From Promethearchaeota archaeon (GTDB lineage: Archaea > Asgardarchaeota > Thorarchaeia > Thorarchaeales > Thorarchaeaceae): a DNA stretch of 64,000 nt. The notes under the pieces are model-generated. The model was not told the origin of the DNA. It did no database searches and worked only from the letters and a program-made list of their open reading frames with translations. The translations under genes were made by a program, and so were the position numbers. Position 1 is the stretch's first letter. Each line of letters opens with the position of its first letter. Where the stretch lies: assembly GCA_048939765.1 (NCBI GenBank), contig JBHLPF010000020.1, positions 4,527 through 68,526 of the forward strand. The letters run 5' to 3'. Shown in pieces: positions 10,483 through 20,457 of the stretch.

Positions 10483-11565
10483 CTAGAAGACCACGACTGA
10501 TGATGCCTTGAATGTAACATAGACCGTGTCACCTATTCCAAGCTCGAGATCATTCAGAGACCTCTGTGTGATCTGTACTGCAATCTCAACTCCAACATCA
10601 ACAGTAAGTAAAATCGTGGAGTCGGAGTCATCAATTCCCACGACCGTTCCTGTGAGTGTGTTCCGGGCACTTGACAGAATGCTTTCCTTTGAAACAATGA
10701 CATCTTGCGGGGAGATCCACATCGTGACGTCTCCATCATGTGTTCCCACTGCCTGAACAGACACACTGTCTGTCAACTGGATTTGTAGTAGACCTCTCCA
10801 GACCCGCTCTTCAGACAGCCAAGTGGCCTTTCCTTTGAATGTGTTGAGTGCTCTTCCTTCATCCTGTAACCTCTCAAGTTCAGTCCCCAACATAACATTT
10901 GGCTTGCCAATCAGTCCTATCATTCCATCCTGAATGATAGCTGTTCTGTGTGCCAGCGTTTCGGCTTGAAACATGTTATGGGTCGAAACTACGATAGTGG
11001 TCCCACGCTCTGTATTAGCCTTCCTCAGAACATCCTCAACACCTCTGGCACTATCGATGTCTAGATCAGCTGTGGGTTCATCCAGTAGGAGTATCTCAGG
11101 ATCGAGCACAAGAGCTCGAGCGAGAGCCACTCGTCTTTGTTCCCCTCCAGATAGACTGCGGGCCATTCTTGTTCCAAAACCCTCTAGGCCAACAAACAAC
11201 AGAGTTTCCTGAACACGCTTTGCTATGATGGTTTCATCCATTCCTCTGATTCGAAGACCATATGCAATGTTCTTTGAAACTGATGTTCCAAAATGCACAG
11301 GCTTTTGGAAGACAACTGTTGCGGATCGCCGAAGTGACTCCCTGTTTTCGTCAGTCACAGTTTCATCGTGGAATGCGACCTCGCCTGATGACGGCGCGAT
11401 CAGCCCGCCAAGAGCTCGAAGAAGGGTTGTCTTGCCCGCACCATTTGGTCCAACGATGGACAGGATCTCGCCCTTCTGAACTTCAAGGTTGACTCCTCTG
11501 AGGGCATGAGTATCATCAAGATAGACGTGTAGGTCCCTTGCAGCAATTACTCCCAAAGCCACCAC
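10483..11565 (-). CDS. tupC: Tungstate ABC transporter ATPase with TOBE domain
   Basis: GPNGAGKT, LSGGE and LLDEP motifs; C-terminal SSARN/TOBE. Confidence 0.85.
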   Translation of the reverse strand: MVALGVIAARDLHVYLDDTHALRGVNLEVQKGEILSIVGPNGAGKTTLLRALGGLIAPSSGEVAFHDETVTDENRESLRRSATVVFQKPVHFGTSVSKNIAYGLRIRGMDETIIAKRVQETLLFVGLEGFGTRMARSLSGGEQRRVALARALVLDPEILLLDEPTADLDIDSARGVEDVLRKANTERGTTIVVSTHNMFQAETLAHRTAIIQDGMIGLIGKPNVMLGTELERLQDEGRALNTFKGKATWLSEERVWRGLLQIQLTDSVSVQAVGTHDGDVTMWISPQDVIVSKESILSSARNTLTGTVVGIDDSDSTILLTVDVGVEIAVQITQRSLNDLELGIGDTVYVTFKASSVVVF

Positions 11566-12209
11566 CTCACCCTTTTCTCTGCAATTCTTAGAAGGATGTT
11601 GAATGTCAGCATGAGTGAGAGCAGAACGGCAGTAAGACCGAGGCCAAGAGCGATCTCGCCTCTTGTTGTTTGAAGTGCAATGGAGGTGGTTAGGACTCTT
11701 GTGAGACCTTGGATGTTGCCTCCAAGCATCAATGCGACGCCAAGTTCCGAGATTGCCCTACTGAACGCAGCCGACACTGCCAGAAGAATCCCTCCTACAG
11801 ACTCTCTGAGTACAGATGCAAAGGCACCTCTTTCATCGGCTCCAAGCGTCATAGCCAATTCACGAATGCTTGGGTCAACATTCTCGACGGTTTCAGTGGA
11901 GATGCTGACTATTATTGGAAGAATCAGGATTGCTTGTCCGATGATCATAGCAAAGGGAGAATAGAGTACATTGAGAAAGCCAAGAGGCCCTGAATTTGAG
12001 AATAAAAGATATAGCAACAGTCCAAGTGCGACTGTAGGCAGCGCCATCAGACCGTTGACTACACCTTTGAGGTGTGACCTACCTCTAAACTTCTTCAGGC
12101 CAATAAGAACACCTAAGGGAATCCCAATACCAGCGGCAAGAAGTGCCGCAAGACTTGATACGAACAGACTCCGAAGAGTGATTTCTATAATCTCGGTTTC
12201 TAATGACAT
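11547..12209 (-). CDS. tupB: Tungstate ABC transporter permease
   Basis: ALPTVALGL, SGPLG, AISELG and GGNI..TRVLTT motifs. Confidence 0.9.
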   Translation of the reverse strand: MSLETEIIEITLRSLFVSSLAALLAAGIGIPLGVLIGLKKFRGRSHLKGVVNGLMALPTVALGLLLYLLFSNSGPLGFLNVLYSPFAMIIGQAILILPIIVSISTETVENVDPSIRELAMTLGADERGAFASVLRESVGGILLAVSAAFSRAISELGVALMLGGNIQGLTRVLTTSIALQTTRGEIALGLGLTAVLLSLMLTFNILLRIAEKRVRWWLWE

Positions 12210-12229
12210 CTATCTCCCTCTTCTTTCTC

Positions 12230-13276
12230 TCAGCGAATCACTTCAGTCCTCAATGGGATGTAGAACATCTCAATGAGAAGAGGATACAGGCCGTAACTTC
12301 CTGTTCTCCAAGATGGTGGACATTCATATAGTGTTCCTCCAAAGTCAAAGAACGCTGTAGATCGTATCCAGCCATAGACATCGGCAGGAGTCTGGGATTG
12401 AACAATGCTCGCGGCTGGATTGAAGAGGGCTTGACCATAGTCCTCCTGACCATATGCTCCAATCAAATCTTGAGCCTCTGCTCCCACTAGCCACCCGATG
12501 AACTCCATTGCTAAATCGAACTTGACACCCTCTACCTTTGTTGCATTCACTGCAATAGCACTATAGACGTTGATGAGAGTCTGGTCTGACTCAACATGCT
12601 TTGCCAGAGTAATGAGCCCGTCTGAGAAGTATTTCAGATATGTTCCAATGTCTGCCAACGTATATAGTCCCAATTCATCAGCAGTCTGCAATGTGGTGCC
12701 CATGCCGCTCCCCGATGATAGGAACCAAGACTCCCCCTTTATCGTTTCAAAATCCAGACCAGTCTGGGTCCACAACGAGATTTCCTTGGCGTTCGTACCG
12801 GAGCTATCATCTCGTGATATCCATAGACTGGTGCCGTGGCTGTGGCCGTAGTCATAGATTTGCTGAAGAGCAGCGGTTGTGTTCATTCCGTTTATTCCGG
12901 CTGGATCATCACTGGGCCCGACCACCACAAAGAAGTTGTACGCAATGATTTTGCGATTGACACCATAGCTTTGATTCATGAAGTCGAATTCTTGTGATGG
13001 CGAATGCACCAGTATTGCATCGGCATCTCCATTCATCGCATGTGTGATAGCAATACCTGTGCCAGCTGATATGAAGGCCAGTATCACTTGCGAGTGTGAC
13101 TCTTCATATACAGTCTTCACCTCATCGAGAAGCCCAGTATCATAGAGGCTTGTCGTTGTAGAGATTACTAGTGTTTCTTTGTTCTGGATCTGTGAGAAAT
13201 ACCACAAAGAGCCTGCTATTGCTCCAGTGAGAATCACAGCCAAGACAACCAGACCGATTTGTTGCTCTCGCCTCAA
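12230..13276 (-). CDS. tupA: Tungstate-binding protein
   Basis: TTTSLYDTGLL, GTG, VHSP and SRDDSSGT motifs. Confidence 0.9.
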   Translation of the reverse strand: MRREQQIGLVVLAVILTGAIAGSLWYFSQIQNKETLVISTTTSLYDTGLLDEVKTVYEESHSQVILAFISAGTGIAITHAMNGDADAILVHSPSQEFDFMNQSYGVNRKIIAYNFFVVVGPSDDPAGINGMNTTAALQQIYDYGHSHGTSLWISRDDSSGTNAKEISLWTQTGLDFETIKGESWFLSSGSGMGTTLQTADELGLYTLADIGTYLKYFSDGLITLAKHVESDQTLINVYSAIAVNATKVEGVKFDLAMEFIGWLVGAEAQDLIGAYGQEDYGQALFNPAASIVQSQTPADVYGWIRSTAFFDFGGTLYECPPSWRTGSYGLYPLLIEMFYIPLRTEVIR

Positions 13277-13371
13277 TATTTACACCCTGTGAACCAATGC
13301 TTGAATCTTACATAGAGGAATACTCAATGCTGGATTCGATTCGACGCGTGGAAATGGAGCTTGTAATAAGG

Positions 13372-13389
13372 GTTATGTTTGGCCATGCA
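13372..13389. promoter_or_regulatory. Candidate operator upstream of tupA (GTTATGTTTGGCCATGCA)
   Basis: Near-identical to 10435-10452. Confidence 0.55.
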
Positions 13390-13520
13390 TATCGATAGCG
13401 GTTAAAAGCAGAAATCAGGAGGATTAAGGACACTAAGTCAATGACATGAGCACGGTAGCTGTATCGCCTCATTCCCAAATCTTTTGACTAGTCTGGTATT
13501 CTGTATACTGGGTCATAAAG

Positions 13521-14354
13521 ATGACAGGTTTCGACCAGAAATTTGAGAGAGTCAGAGGGCTTTTTAAAGGAAAGAGAGTGCTGGTCGCCTTCAGCGGGGG
13601 TGTGGACAGCTCAGTTCTTGCTCAAATTTCACAGAAGTGTGCTCTAGAGACTGTTCTATTGACTGTGGACAGCATTACATTTCCCCGAACTGAACTGCAA
13701 GCGGCAATGGACGTCGCTGAAGAGCTTGGCATCAAGATAAAGGTCATCGAACTGGACGAACTTGCTAACCAAAATCTGGTAAAGAACCCAGTTGACAGGT
13801 GTTATCACTGCAAGAAAGAGCTTGCTTCTGTTTGGCTGAATACTGCAGAGCAGTTGGGAATGGATATTGTCGTAGATGGAACAAATGCTAGTGATATGAA
13901 CGATTATCGCCCAGGTGCAATGGCTCTTGAGGAGGCAGGGGTCATCTCTCCGTTTAGAGAGTATGGCATTACCAAGGAGGAGATTCGCAGTTATGCTAGG
14001 GAGGCAGGCCTGTCGGTCGCAGAAAGACCTTCAATGGCCTGTCTTTCAAGTAGGTTTCCTTACGGCACTGAGATAACAGAAGAACGAGTGAAACGTGTAG
14101 ACAAAGTGGAGCAGGCTGTGAAAGAGATTTTTGAGATCGAGTGTGTACGTGCACGGTTCCATGGCGATTTAGTCCGCATAGAGGTCGGTCGAGAGGAACG
14201 GGAGAGACTGTTTGATGTGAACAAGCTAGACAGGATTTATGAGCTCGCTAAGCGAGCGGGGTTCAAGTACGTCACATTCGATGTCCTAGGATACCGTACA
14301 GGGGCAATGAACGAAGTTCTTGAAGCTCAATCATCTGCTCTGATTGATTCATGA
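13521..14354 (+). CDS. larE: ATP-dependent sacrificial sulfur transferase LarE
   Basis: AFSGGVDS, RCYHCKK, DGTNASD..DYRPG and ACLSSRFPYG motifs. Confidence 0.9.
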   Translation: MTGFDQKFERVRGLFKGKRVLVAFSGGVDSSVLAQISQKCALETVLLTVDSITFPRTELQAAMDVAEELGIKIKVIELDELANQNLVKNPVDRCYHCKKELASVWLNTAEQLGMDIVVDGTNASDMNDYRPGAMALEEAGVISPFREYGITKEEIRSYAREAGLSVAERPSMACLSSRFPYGTEITEERVKRVDKVEQAVKEIFEIECVRARFHGDLVRIEVGREERERLFDVNKLDRIYELAKRAGFKYVTFDVLGYRTGAMNEVLEAQSSALIDS

Positions 14355-14450
14355 CACCTTGGCATTTCAAACCGATTTCTGAAGACCGACATATGACGGT
14401 TGAAGAATCAAATAGCAATTAGATGTGAAAGACATTCAAGGTGTCATCAG

Positions 14451-15200
14451 ATGTCTACTCTTACAGAAAGTCTGAAAGAACTTGCGCTTGGTAGTGGATT
14501 TGCAGATGTAGGAATTACTACACCTGAGAGAGTCAGTGATTTGTATTATGGATGGGTTGGCAAGATTCGAAAGATGAAAACACCTTCGGAGGAGTTGAAG
14601 TCCGTTAGATCTGTAATCATCATGACTCAGCAAATCTGGGATGACTCGTTCAGTTTATCCATATACCCGCAAGACTGGAAGGGGTATGGAATGCACCCAG
14701 AGAATGAGCAATTCGAATCATACTATGTGGGCTATGAGGTCATGAGGAAGAAAGCTCAGTTCATCGTCGATTATTTGAAAGATAGTGGATTTGAAGCACT
14801 CATTTCTTTTGAAATACCCTGTAAGACAACCGCTGTTCGGTGTGGTCTAGGTGCTCAAGGAAAGAACACCCTACTAGTGACTCCAAATCTCGGACCCAGG
14901 GTAATGTTGGTTTCTGTGCTCACATCCGCAGAGCTTGAGGTCGATGAGCCCTTTGAGGATGATTTGTGTGGGGACTGTGAGAAATGCATCACAGCATGTC
15001 CAAGTAGAGCGATTGAGCCATACAGGCTAACGATTCATAGATGTATGACATATTCTGCTGAGAGTCCTTGTTCTCCAGATGTTCCTCAGGATGTTCGGAA
15101 ACTAGAGAAGAAGTTGGTTCGCCGACCTACAAAGAATAGTTTCATCGATTGTTCGATATGTATCAATGTTTGCCCAGTCGGAAAGAAGCAGGGAGCGTAA
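14451..15200 (+). CDS. QueG-like/reductive-dehalogenase-like 4Fe-4S protein
   Basis: GLGAQGKNTLL..P..GPRV, CGDCEKCITACP and CSICINVCP motifs. Confidence 0.75.
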   Translation: MSTLTESLKELALGSGFADVGITTPERVSDLYYGWVGKIRKMKTPSEELKSVRSVIIMTQQIWDDSFSLSIYPQDWKGYGMHPENEQFESYYVGYEVMRKKAQFIVDYLKDSGFEALISFEIPCKTTAVRCGLGAQGKNTLLVTPNLGPRVMLVSVLTSAELEVDEPFEDDLCGDCEKCITACPSRAIEPYRLTIHRCMTYSAESPCSPDVPQDVRKLEKKLVRRPTKNSFIDCSICINVCPVGKKQGA

Positions 15201-15236
15201 TACTATAAGCCGGAGACATCACGGACTTAATGAGAG

Positions 15237-15953
15237 GTGACAACACTGAATAACGACCAGATCAAACAAGCCTTCACAATTCTGTCTACACCACAAATAG
15301 CTGATGCCTGTATACGTCTGGCTGTTCCTCTGAGAATAGGCCCACCTGGCATCAGGTTGATTGATAGTAGATTGCGCATTGCGGGTAGATCGCTTCCATG
15401 CCGACACTTCGGAAGCGTAGACATCTTTTTGGAAATCATGGAGAATGCAAATGAGGGGGATGTGCTGGTGATAGACAATGGTGGTCGGGATGATGAGGGA
15501 TGCATTGGAGACCTCATCACACTTGAAGCAAAGGAACGCGGACTTGGCGGAATTGTGGTCTGGGGCACTCACAGAGACACCAAGGAGCTGATAGAGATTG
15601 GACTTCCGATCATGAGCTATGGCACCTATCCTGCCGGACCACAAAGAGTCGACCCACGAACTCCTGACGCACTTGAGCTAGCTAGATTTGGTGAGTTCAC
15701 AGTGACACGCGAAGACGTGGTTTTCGGAGATTCTGACGGTGTTCTCTTTGTATCGTATGAGAATACTCCAAGTGTGCTGGAAGCTGCCAAGGCAATAATG
15801 GAAAAGGAACAGAGTCAATCCGCCAAGATTAGAAACGGGAATAATCTGAGCGAACAATTACAGTTTGAGAGATATCTTCGCGCCAGAAAGAAAGACTCGT
15901 CACTCACCTTTAGACAACACCTCAGAAGGATTGGTGGAGCAGTCGAGGAGTAG
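15237..15953 (+). CDS. RraA/HMG-aldolase family protein
   Basis: GDVLVID, IGDL, WGTHRD and FGDSDGV motifs; GAGG RBS. Confidence 0.85.
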   Translation: MTTLNNDQIKQAFTILSTPQIADACIRLAVPLRIGPPGIRLIDSRLRIAGRSLPCRHFGSVDIFLEIMENANEGDVLVIDNGGRDDEGCIGDLITLEAKERGLGGIVVWGTHRDTKELIEIGLPIMSYGTYPAGPQRVDPRTPDALELARFGEFTVTREDVVFGDSDGVLFVSYENTPSVLEAAKAIMEKEQSQSAKIRNGNNLSEQLQFERYLRARKKDSSLTFRQHLRRIGGAVEE

Positions 15954-16096
15954 CGATGGTGCAGACCGACTTCACATGTGATACGTGAGTGATACGCTAA
16001 AACCCACAAATTACTCAACCACACAGCTGAAATATCACTATAAGTAACAGATTGGTAGGAAGATAAAGCCGCCACCCATGAACGGAGGGAGTCAGC

Positions 16097-17212
16097 ATCC
16101 CATTTGAACTACACCGCCGGCAATTCAAAGTCTGCCTGATTGGCGATGGATTTGTCGGAAAGACGAGCATTCGTCGCTCATTCTTAGGTAGTGTGTTCAA
16201 GAGGAGTTACATCGCGACGTTGGGAGTGGATTTTGCGCAAAAGACCTTTGTTATGGGAAAGACTCCTGTGTACCTTCTAATCTGGGACATTGCCGGACAA
16301 CCCCTTTTCCAAGGCCTTCGTAGACGATATTATGAAGCGTGTAGCGGTCTCCTACTGACATATTCTGTAGTCAATAGAGAGTCGTTCGATAATGCATCGA
16401 AGTGGCTCGTCGAAGCCCATGGGTTCATGGGCAAACTTCCTCCTCTGATTATCATAGGGAACAAGATAGACCTGAGAGCGAGTCACCCAAGTGAAGAGAC
16501 CGTTTCATACGAAGAGGGTCAAGAATTCACCAAGAGATTTGGAGAGAAGATGAATACTCCGTCCATCTTCATCGAAACATCAGCATTGACCGGTGAGAAT
16601 ATCGACCAGGCCTTCAGGTCACTCGCAGAAATGATGATTGACGAAGCAAATGGTAGGACTGTAAAGAGTGAGCGTGTCCAACTCAGGATTGATAGGCCTA
16701 CGGCCATAGATCAAGGTGTGAACGATACAACCACTGTGAGTTCCGAAGCTGAACCAGTTCAGTCCGTGGTCGATGCTAGTTCTGTTGGACGTGCTGAGTC
16801 AAGTGACACAGGAGCCAGTGAACCGGCGAGTCCATTTGCAGCAAGGATGCAGGTTGCTGATTATGTATCATCAGTCCATGAGCCCATTACTGATGAGAGG
16901 CCAGTCAGGGAGCCACCCACTGAGATTCTTAACTTGCATGCCGAGCTGAAGAGAGCCGAATCGGAACTCTCGAATGTCACCTCAGACTTGGACACAGCCC
17001 TACTCAATCTAAAGAACACGGTACATGTCAAGAGAATCATGTACGAACATCTGAAACGGCAGCTTCGTGAAACCAGACAAGAATGGGCAGATGCCTATGA
17101 CGACTATGTGAGGACCAATCAGCGAAGGAAGGCTGAGTTAGACAAGAGGAACAAGGAGATCGCAGAGCTTCGAGAACGAATCAGAAAAGCTGAGAGATCT
17201 ATGTCTGAATGA
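16097..17212 (+). CDS. Rab/Ras-like small GTPase with C-terminal coiled coil (probable ATC start)
   Basis: Frame is open upstream of the track start: FKVCLIGDGFVGKTS (G1), YIATLG (G2), WDIAGQ (G3), NKID (G4), ETSAL (G5). Confidence 0.88.
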   Translation: MPFELHRRQFKVCLIGDGFVGKTSIRRSFLGSVFKRSYIATLGVDFAQKTFVMGKTPVYLLIWDIAGQPLFQGLRRRYYEACSGLLLTYSVVNRESFDNASKWLVEAHGFMGKLPPLIIIGNKIDLRASHPSEETVSYEEGQEFTKRFGEKMNTPSIFIETSALTGENIDQAFRSLAEMMIDEANGRTVKSERVQLRIDRPTAIDQGVNDTTTVSSEAEPVQSVVDASSVGRAESSDTGASEPASPFAARMQVADYVSSVHEPITDERPVREPPTEILNLHAELKRAESELSNVTSDLDTALLNLKNTVHVKRIMYEHLKRQLRETRQEWADAYDDYVRTNQRRKAELDKRNKEIAELRERIRKAERSMSE

Positions 17213-17269
17213 TTCCTTTTTCGACGACATATAGCAGAGCTTATCAATGAATTAACTATGGTTAAATCT

Positions 17270-17815
17270 ATGAGAGCTAGATGCAACACGAATGCCTTCA
17301 TCGCATTGTCAGGCCCACACCCGACGTATTTAGTCACAGCAAATGACCCAAGAGACAACAGCAAGGCAGCTATTGCTGTTGCATGGGCCACTCCTCTCTC
17401 GGTTCGGCCACCGTTGTTTGGAATAGTAATTTCTCCAAACAAGTTCAGCTACAATATAGTCAAGGAAGCTGGGATTTTCACTGTCAATGTGATGCCCCTG
17501 AATGCTCTAAGTGAGGTGTGGTGGGCAGGCACCCATACCGGCCGACAGTATGAGGACAAGATAACAGAGGCTGGTCTGAGTCCAGTCCCCGGGAAGACAG
17601 ACAAGAACGCAATCTCAGTAGAAGAGGCCATAGCCTCCTTTGAGTGCAAAGTGAAGAACATGGTCCCTATTGGAAATCATACACTCATTGTGGGCCAAGT
17701 CGTTTCTGTCGATGCCATGGAAGAATTCTTTGACACCAAGAAGGGCGTGTGGATTCCTGAAACTGCACGCTTGATCTACCATCTTGCGAATGAAGCATTC
17801 CTGACCAATTGCTAG
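17270..17815 (+). CDS. Flavin reductase-like (DIM6/NTAB) protein
   Basis: AWATPLS..PPL, FTVNV and ECKV...GNHTLIVGQV motifs. Confidence 0.85.
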   Translation: MRARCNTNAFIALSGPHPTYLVTANDPRDNSKAAIAVAWATPLSVRPPLFGIVISPNKFSYNIVKEAGIFTVNVMPLNALSEVWWAGTHTGRQYEDKITEAGLSPVPGKTDKNAISVEEAIASFECKVKNMVPIGNHTLIVGQVVSVDAMEEFFDTKKGVWIPETARLIYHLANEAFLTNC

Positions 17816-17856
17816 AAAAATCGACACCGCAGAAGTGAGCCTGTTTAGCCTATCAA

Positions 17857-18285
17857 TCATATGTATAAGCTCATCGCTGCATCTCGTGCAATGTCTACAA
17901 ACATCCCTAAACCAGCAACAGAATCGACCTCTTCTATCAGTTCTTCTTGTGTCAAATTGAAAAGAGCCATTGCTGTAACGCATACATGGAGTTGAAGTCC
18001 AAGACGCTTTGCTTCACGAATCTGCTCTGAAATTGGGACCAGAATTCCTACTTCGAGCCCCATCTCAATATCATCTCTCAAGTCGTCTTTAGTTTCTGGT
18101 GCTATGTCATCGATTGCTCCCTTAATCAGTCGCTTCAGGGCTCCAAATGTGAAAAGAGTAACAACTTTCATCCCAGAAGCCAATGCAGCTTTCGCTAGCA
18201 TGAGACCGTAGCTTATTCTATCGTATGCGGCGCTGTGGAATATCATCGCTAGTACATCGCCCTTATCATTATTCTCGTGCTTCAT
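17857..18285 (-). CDS. DsrE/DsrF-like (DrsE_2) protein
   Basis: LFTFGAL, LHVCVTAM and VAGLGMF motifs. Confidence 0.75.
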   Translation of the reverse strand: MKHENNDKGDVLAMIFHSAAYDRISYGLMLAKAALASGMKVVTLFTFGALKRLIKGAIDDIAPETKDDLRDDIEMGLEVGILVPISEQIREAKRLGLQLHVCVTAMALFNLTQEELIEEVDSVAGLGMFVDIARDAAMSLYI

Positions 18286-18543
18286 ATAGGCACCTTCCTT
18301 CACTATGAAAGATAGATTCTATCCTAATGACTCCCTTGATAGGTATGAGAGCATTGTTGGCTCCGATCTTCTCTATTGGAACCCCTTGAGAGCTTCAGGT
18401 ATGTAATCCTACAACTGACGCCCAACTTGGTTGCACTCAAACTCCACTCCAATGGTTTATGTAGAAATCCTAGCAATACTTGCTATTCGATTTACCTCAT
18501 GGTACTGACCTACTGTACCACCCAATCGAATGGAGAGATACAG

Positions 18544-18717
18544 ATGGCTGAGAAAATCAAGAAATTTGTGAGTGTGATTGGTGGAAAGCTCGATATCACC
18601 TGTGATGAGTGTGGTGGCAAAATGCGTCCTGGAGGACACTACCAGCTTGAAGTAGGAGGTAAGAGCTACCAATTTGACACTGAGAAGTGTATGGAGGCTT
18701 TTGAGGCAAAGCTCTAG
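18544..18717 (+). CDS. Small TRASH/YHS-like metal-binding protein
   Basis: GGAG RBS then MAEKIKK...CDECGG...YQFDTEKCM. Confidence 0.6.
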   Translation: MAEKIKKFVSVIGGKLDITCDECGGKMRPGGHYQLEVGGKSYQFDTEKCMEAFEAKL

Positions 18718-18884
18718 CCTTGTCAGTTTCATTCCTTTCCTCGCGCGGAGGCAATTCTGATTTGACCTCCGCATCAATCTTTTTGGAAACCTTCCGAAGA
18801 ATCTGAATGACCAGATTTCCTTGCAGAATCAGAATTGTAGAGTGAAATGGTGGTCAGCAATGAATAATGGACTCTTGACGCGGG

Positions 18885-19193
18885 CTATTGAATTGCTGCG
18901 TACTTCTTGGCACCTGTGTATATGAGAAAGATACCAATTATCAAAGCAACAATGATTATGGCGATTTCAATAATATCCAAAACCAAAGCACTGGTTACCA
19001 TCAAATATCCATACCAAGATAGTGGAGTGGCGGGAATCATGATTCCTATTATGACAATACCTAACCCTAACAGATGATTACGTCTAGTCAAGTCAGATCC
19101 TTCTCTATAGCCAAGAATAAGAAATACAAAGCCAATCAGAAATCCCAGTGCAAGCAGTATAGGTATAGGCACTGCAAACATCGGTTGCTGCAT
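18885..19193 (-). CDS. Small membrane protein (3 TM)
   Basis: Hydrophobic ORF with GAGGAG RBS. Confidence 0.65.
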   Translation of the reverse strand: MQQPMFAVPIPILLALGFLIGFVFLILGYREGSDLTRRNHLLGLGIVIIGIMIPATPLSWYGYLMVTSALVLDIIEIAIIIVALIIGIFLIYTGAKKYAAIQ

Positions 19194-19250
19194 TCTTCAA
19201 CATCTCCTCATAATTGAGATAACTATATTGAACCAAACCTACTTAAGAGT

Positions 19251-19263
19251 ATAACGGCGTTAT
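19251..19263. promoter_or_regulatory. Palindrome ATAACG-G-CGTTAT
   Basis: Perfect inverted repeat in a divergent intergenic region; identical copy at 20256-20268. Confidence 0.55.
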
Positions 19264-19325
19264 GAGAAATGCGCGTGCCCTGAGGAGGTCAATACTAGTC
19301 AGGCTGAAATGGAGGCAGAAATCAA

Positions 19326-19550
19326 GTGCTCAGACTAAATGTCTTGGTGCAGCTGCGCGCACATGAAGTGCGTAGCGCATACAAGACTATTAGTGAAATC
19401 AAGGGAGTTAGAAGAGCCAATCGAGTTGCAGGAGCTTATGACGTAATCGCATATGCAGAACTTGAATCGGTCAACGAGTTGAAAGGATTCATGGACATGG
19501 TGCGTCTAATGCCCGGTTTCATCCATGCTGACACCTGCGTGGCATTATGA
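19326..19550 (+). CDS. Stand-alone Lrp/AsnC ligand-binding (RAM) domain protein
   Basis: IKGV...VAGAYDVIAYAE...DTCVAL; no HTH. Confidence 0.8.
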   Translation: MLRLNVLVQLRAHEVRSAYKTISEIKGVRRANRVAGAYDVIAYAELESVNELKGFMDMVRLMPGFIHADTCVAL

Positions 19551-19576
19551 TCCCTTTCTGAAGTTGTTGAGAGTAC

Positions 19577-19710
19577 AAAAGTGGTGGATCGCTGCCGATG
19601 GTTTTTGGAGATCCTTCATGTCACGCTGATGGTCCTACCGTATTGCTGCGCGACCTCACCCCGATCGGTCGCGACCACCGCCCCAACCTTCATTCCGGAG
19701 GCCGCCTCAA
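19577..19710 (-). ncRNA. Candidate structured ncRNA with K-loop
   Basis: GC-rich intergenic island; CGCGACC-GAUCGGGGUGA-GGUCGCG hairpin; ends CCACCAC-UUUU; TATA-like sequence ~25 nt upstream. Confidence 0.4.
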
Positions 19711-19783
19711 TGAGTGAGGCAGGACATCGTAATATATCGGCATACATATACGGAATCATGCTTTACAAGAGCATGGTGTCTGC

Positions 19784-20170
19784 ATGCGGCCTCCTTGTGA
19801 AACCATTGTTGCAGCAATCCTCCCTGCTATTCGTTCTCTTCTAGCAAGAGAGCTTGTCGAAAGTCACTCCATGTCTCAGACAAAAGCTGCAGAATTGCTC
19901 GGTACTACACAACCAGCTATAAGTCAGTACCTTTCGCAAAAGAGGGGGGATCAGTTGACAGAGGCTCTAAGTTCTCTGCCTGATGTAAAGGCAGCAATCG
20001 ATGCCCTTGTTGAAGAGATTACTTCAGATACATTTTCACAGAAAGACACAGTGGGAACAATCTGTGCGATATGCATGTCCCTCAGGAAGGATGGCACGGT
20101 TTGCACAATACATCAGAATAGATTTGATACTCCGGAGGACTGTGATATGTGCCAATCCTTGTCTGATTGA
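19784..20170 (+). CDS. HTH transcriptional regulator (COG2522-like) with Cys-rich C-terminus
   Basis: MRPPCE, SQTKAAELLGTTQPAISQY and CAIC..C..H..C..C motifs. Confidence 0.85.
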   Translation: MRPPCETIVAAILPAIRSLLARELVESHSMSQTKAAELLGTTQPAISQYLSQKRGDQLTEALSSLPDVKAAIDALVEEITSDTFSQKDTVGTICAICMSLRKDGTVCTIHQNRFDTPEDCDMCQSLSD

Positions 20171-20255
20171 GTGTTAACAGACATCAGGTTCAACACGTGA
20201 ATACTATGATTGGGTCGAATTATCTTTCAGACACAAAAGGGAATCAGATATAGAT

Positions 20256-20268
20256 ATAACGGCGTTAT
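20256..20268. promoter_or_regulatory. Palindrome ATAACG-G-CGTTAT (second copy)
   Basis: Identical to 19251-19263. Confidence 0.5.
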
Positions 20269-20457
20269 TATAGTGGGCCTGATGCGGGTTAGGTGCTCTT
20301 GTGATGTTAAAACAAGTCGGAGGACAATGTTCTGGCAAGGGCTTGATATTCGCATCCTTCATCCTGTTTTCGATAATCATTGAACCACTTCTCGCCAAAC
20401 TTCACCATAGAAACGGAGGCATTGGGCAACAACCTCCCCTAAAGGAATGAATGAAGA

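Noticed and set aside
16064-16081. Sec read-through of TGA 16079 to supply the GTPase start
   Set aside because: An in-frame TAA at 16064 occurs before any start codon
19581-19640. Fluoride riboswitch-like GCTGATGGTCCTAC on the plus strand
   Set aside because: The required 5' GGnGAUG..CnCC stem is not present and no fluoride-related gene follows
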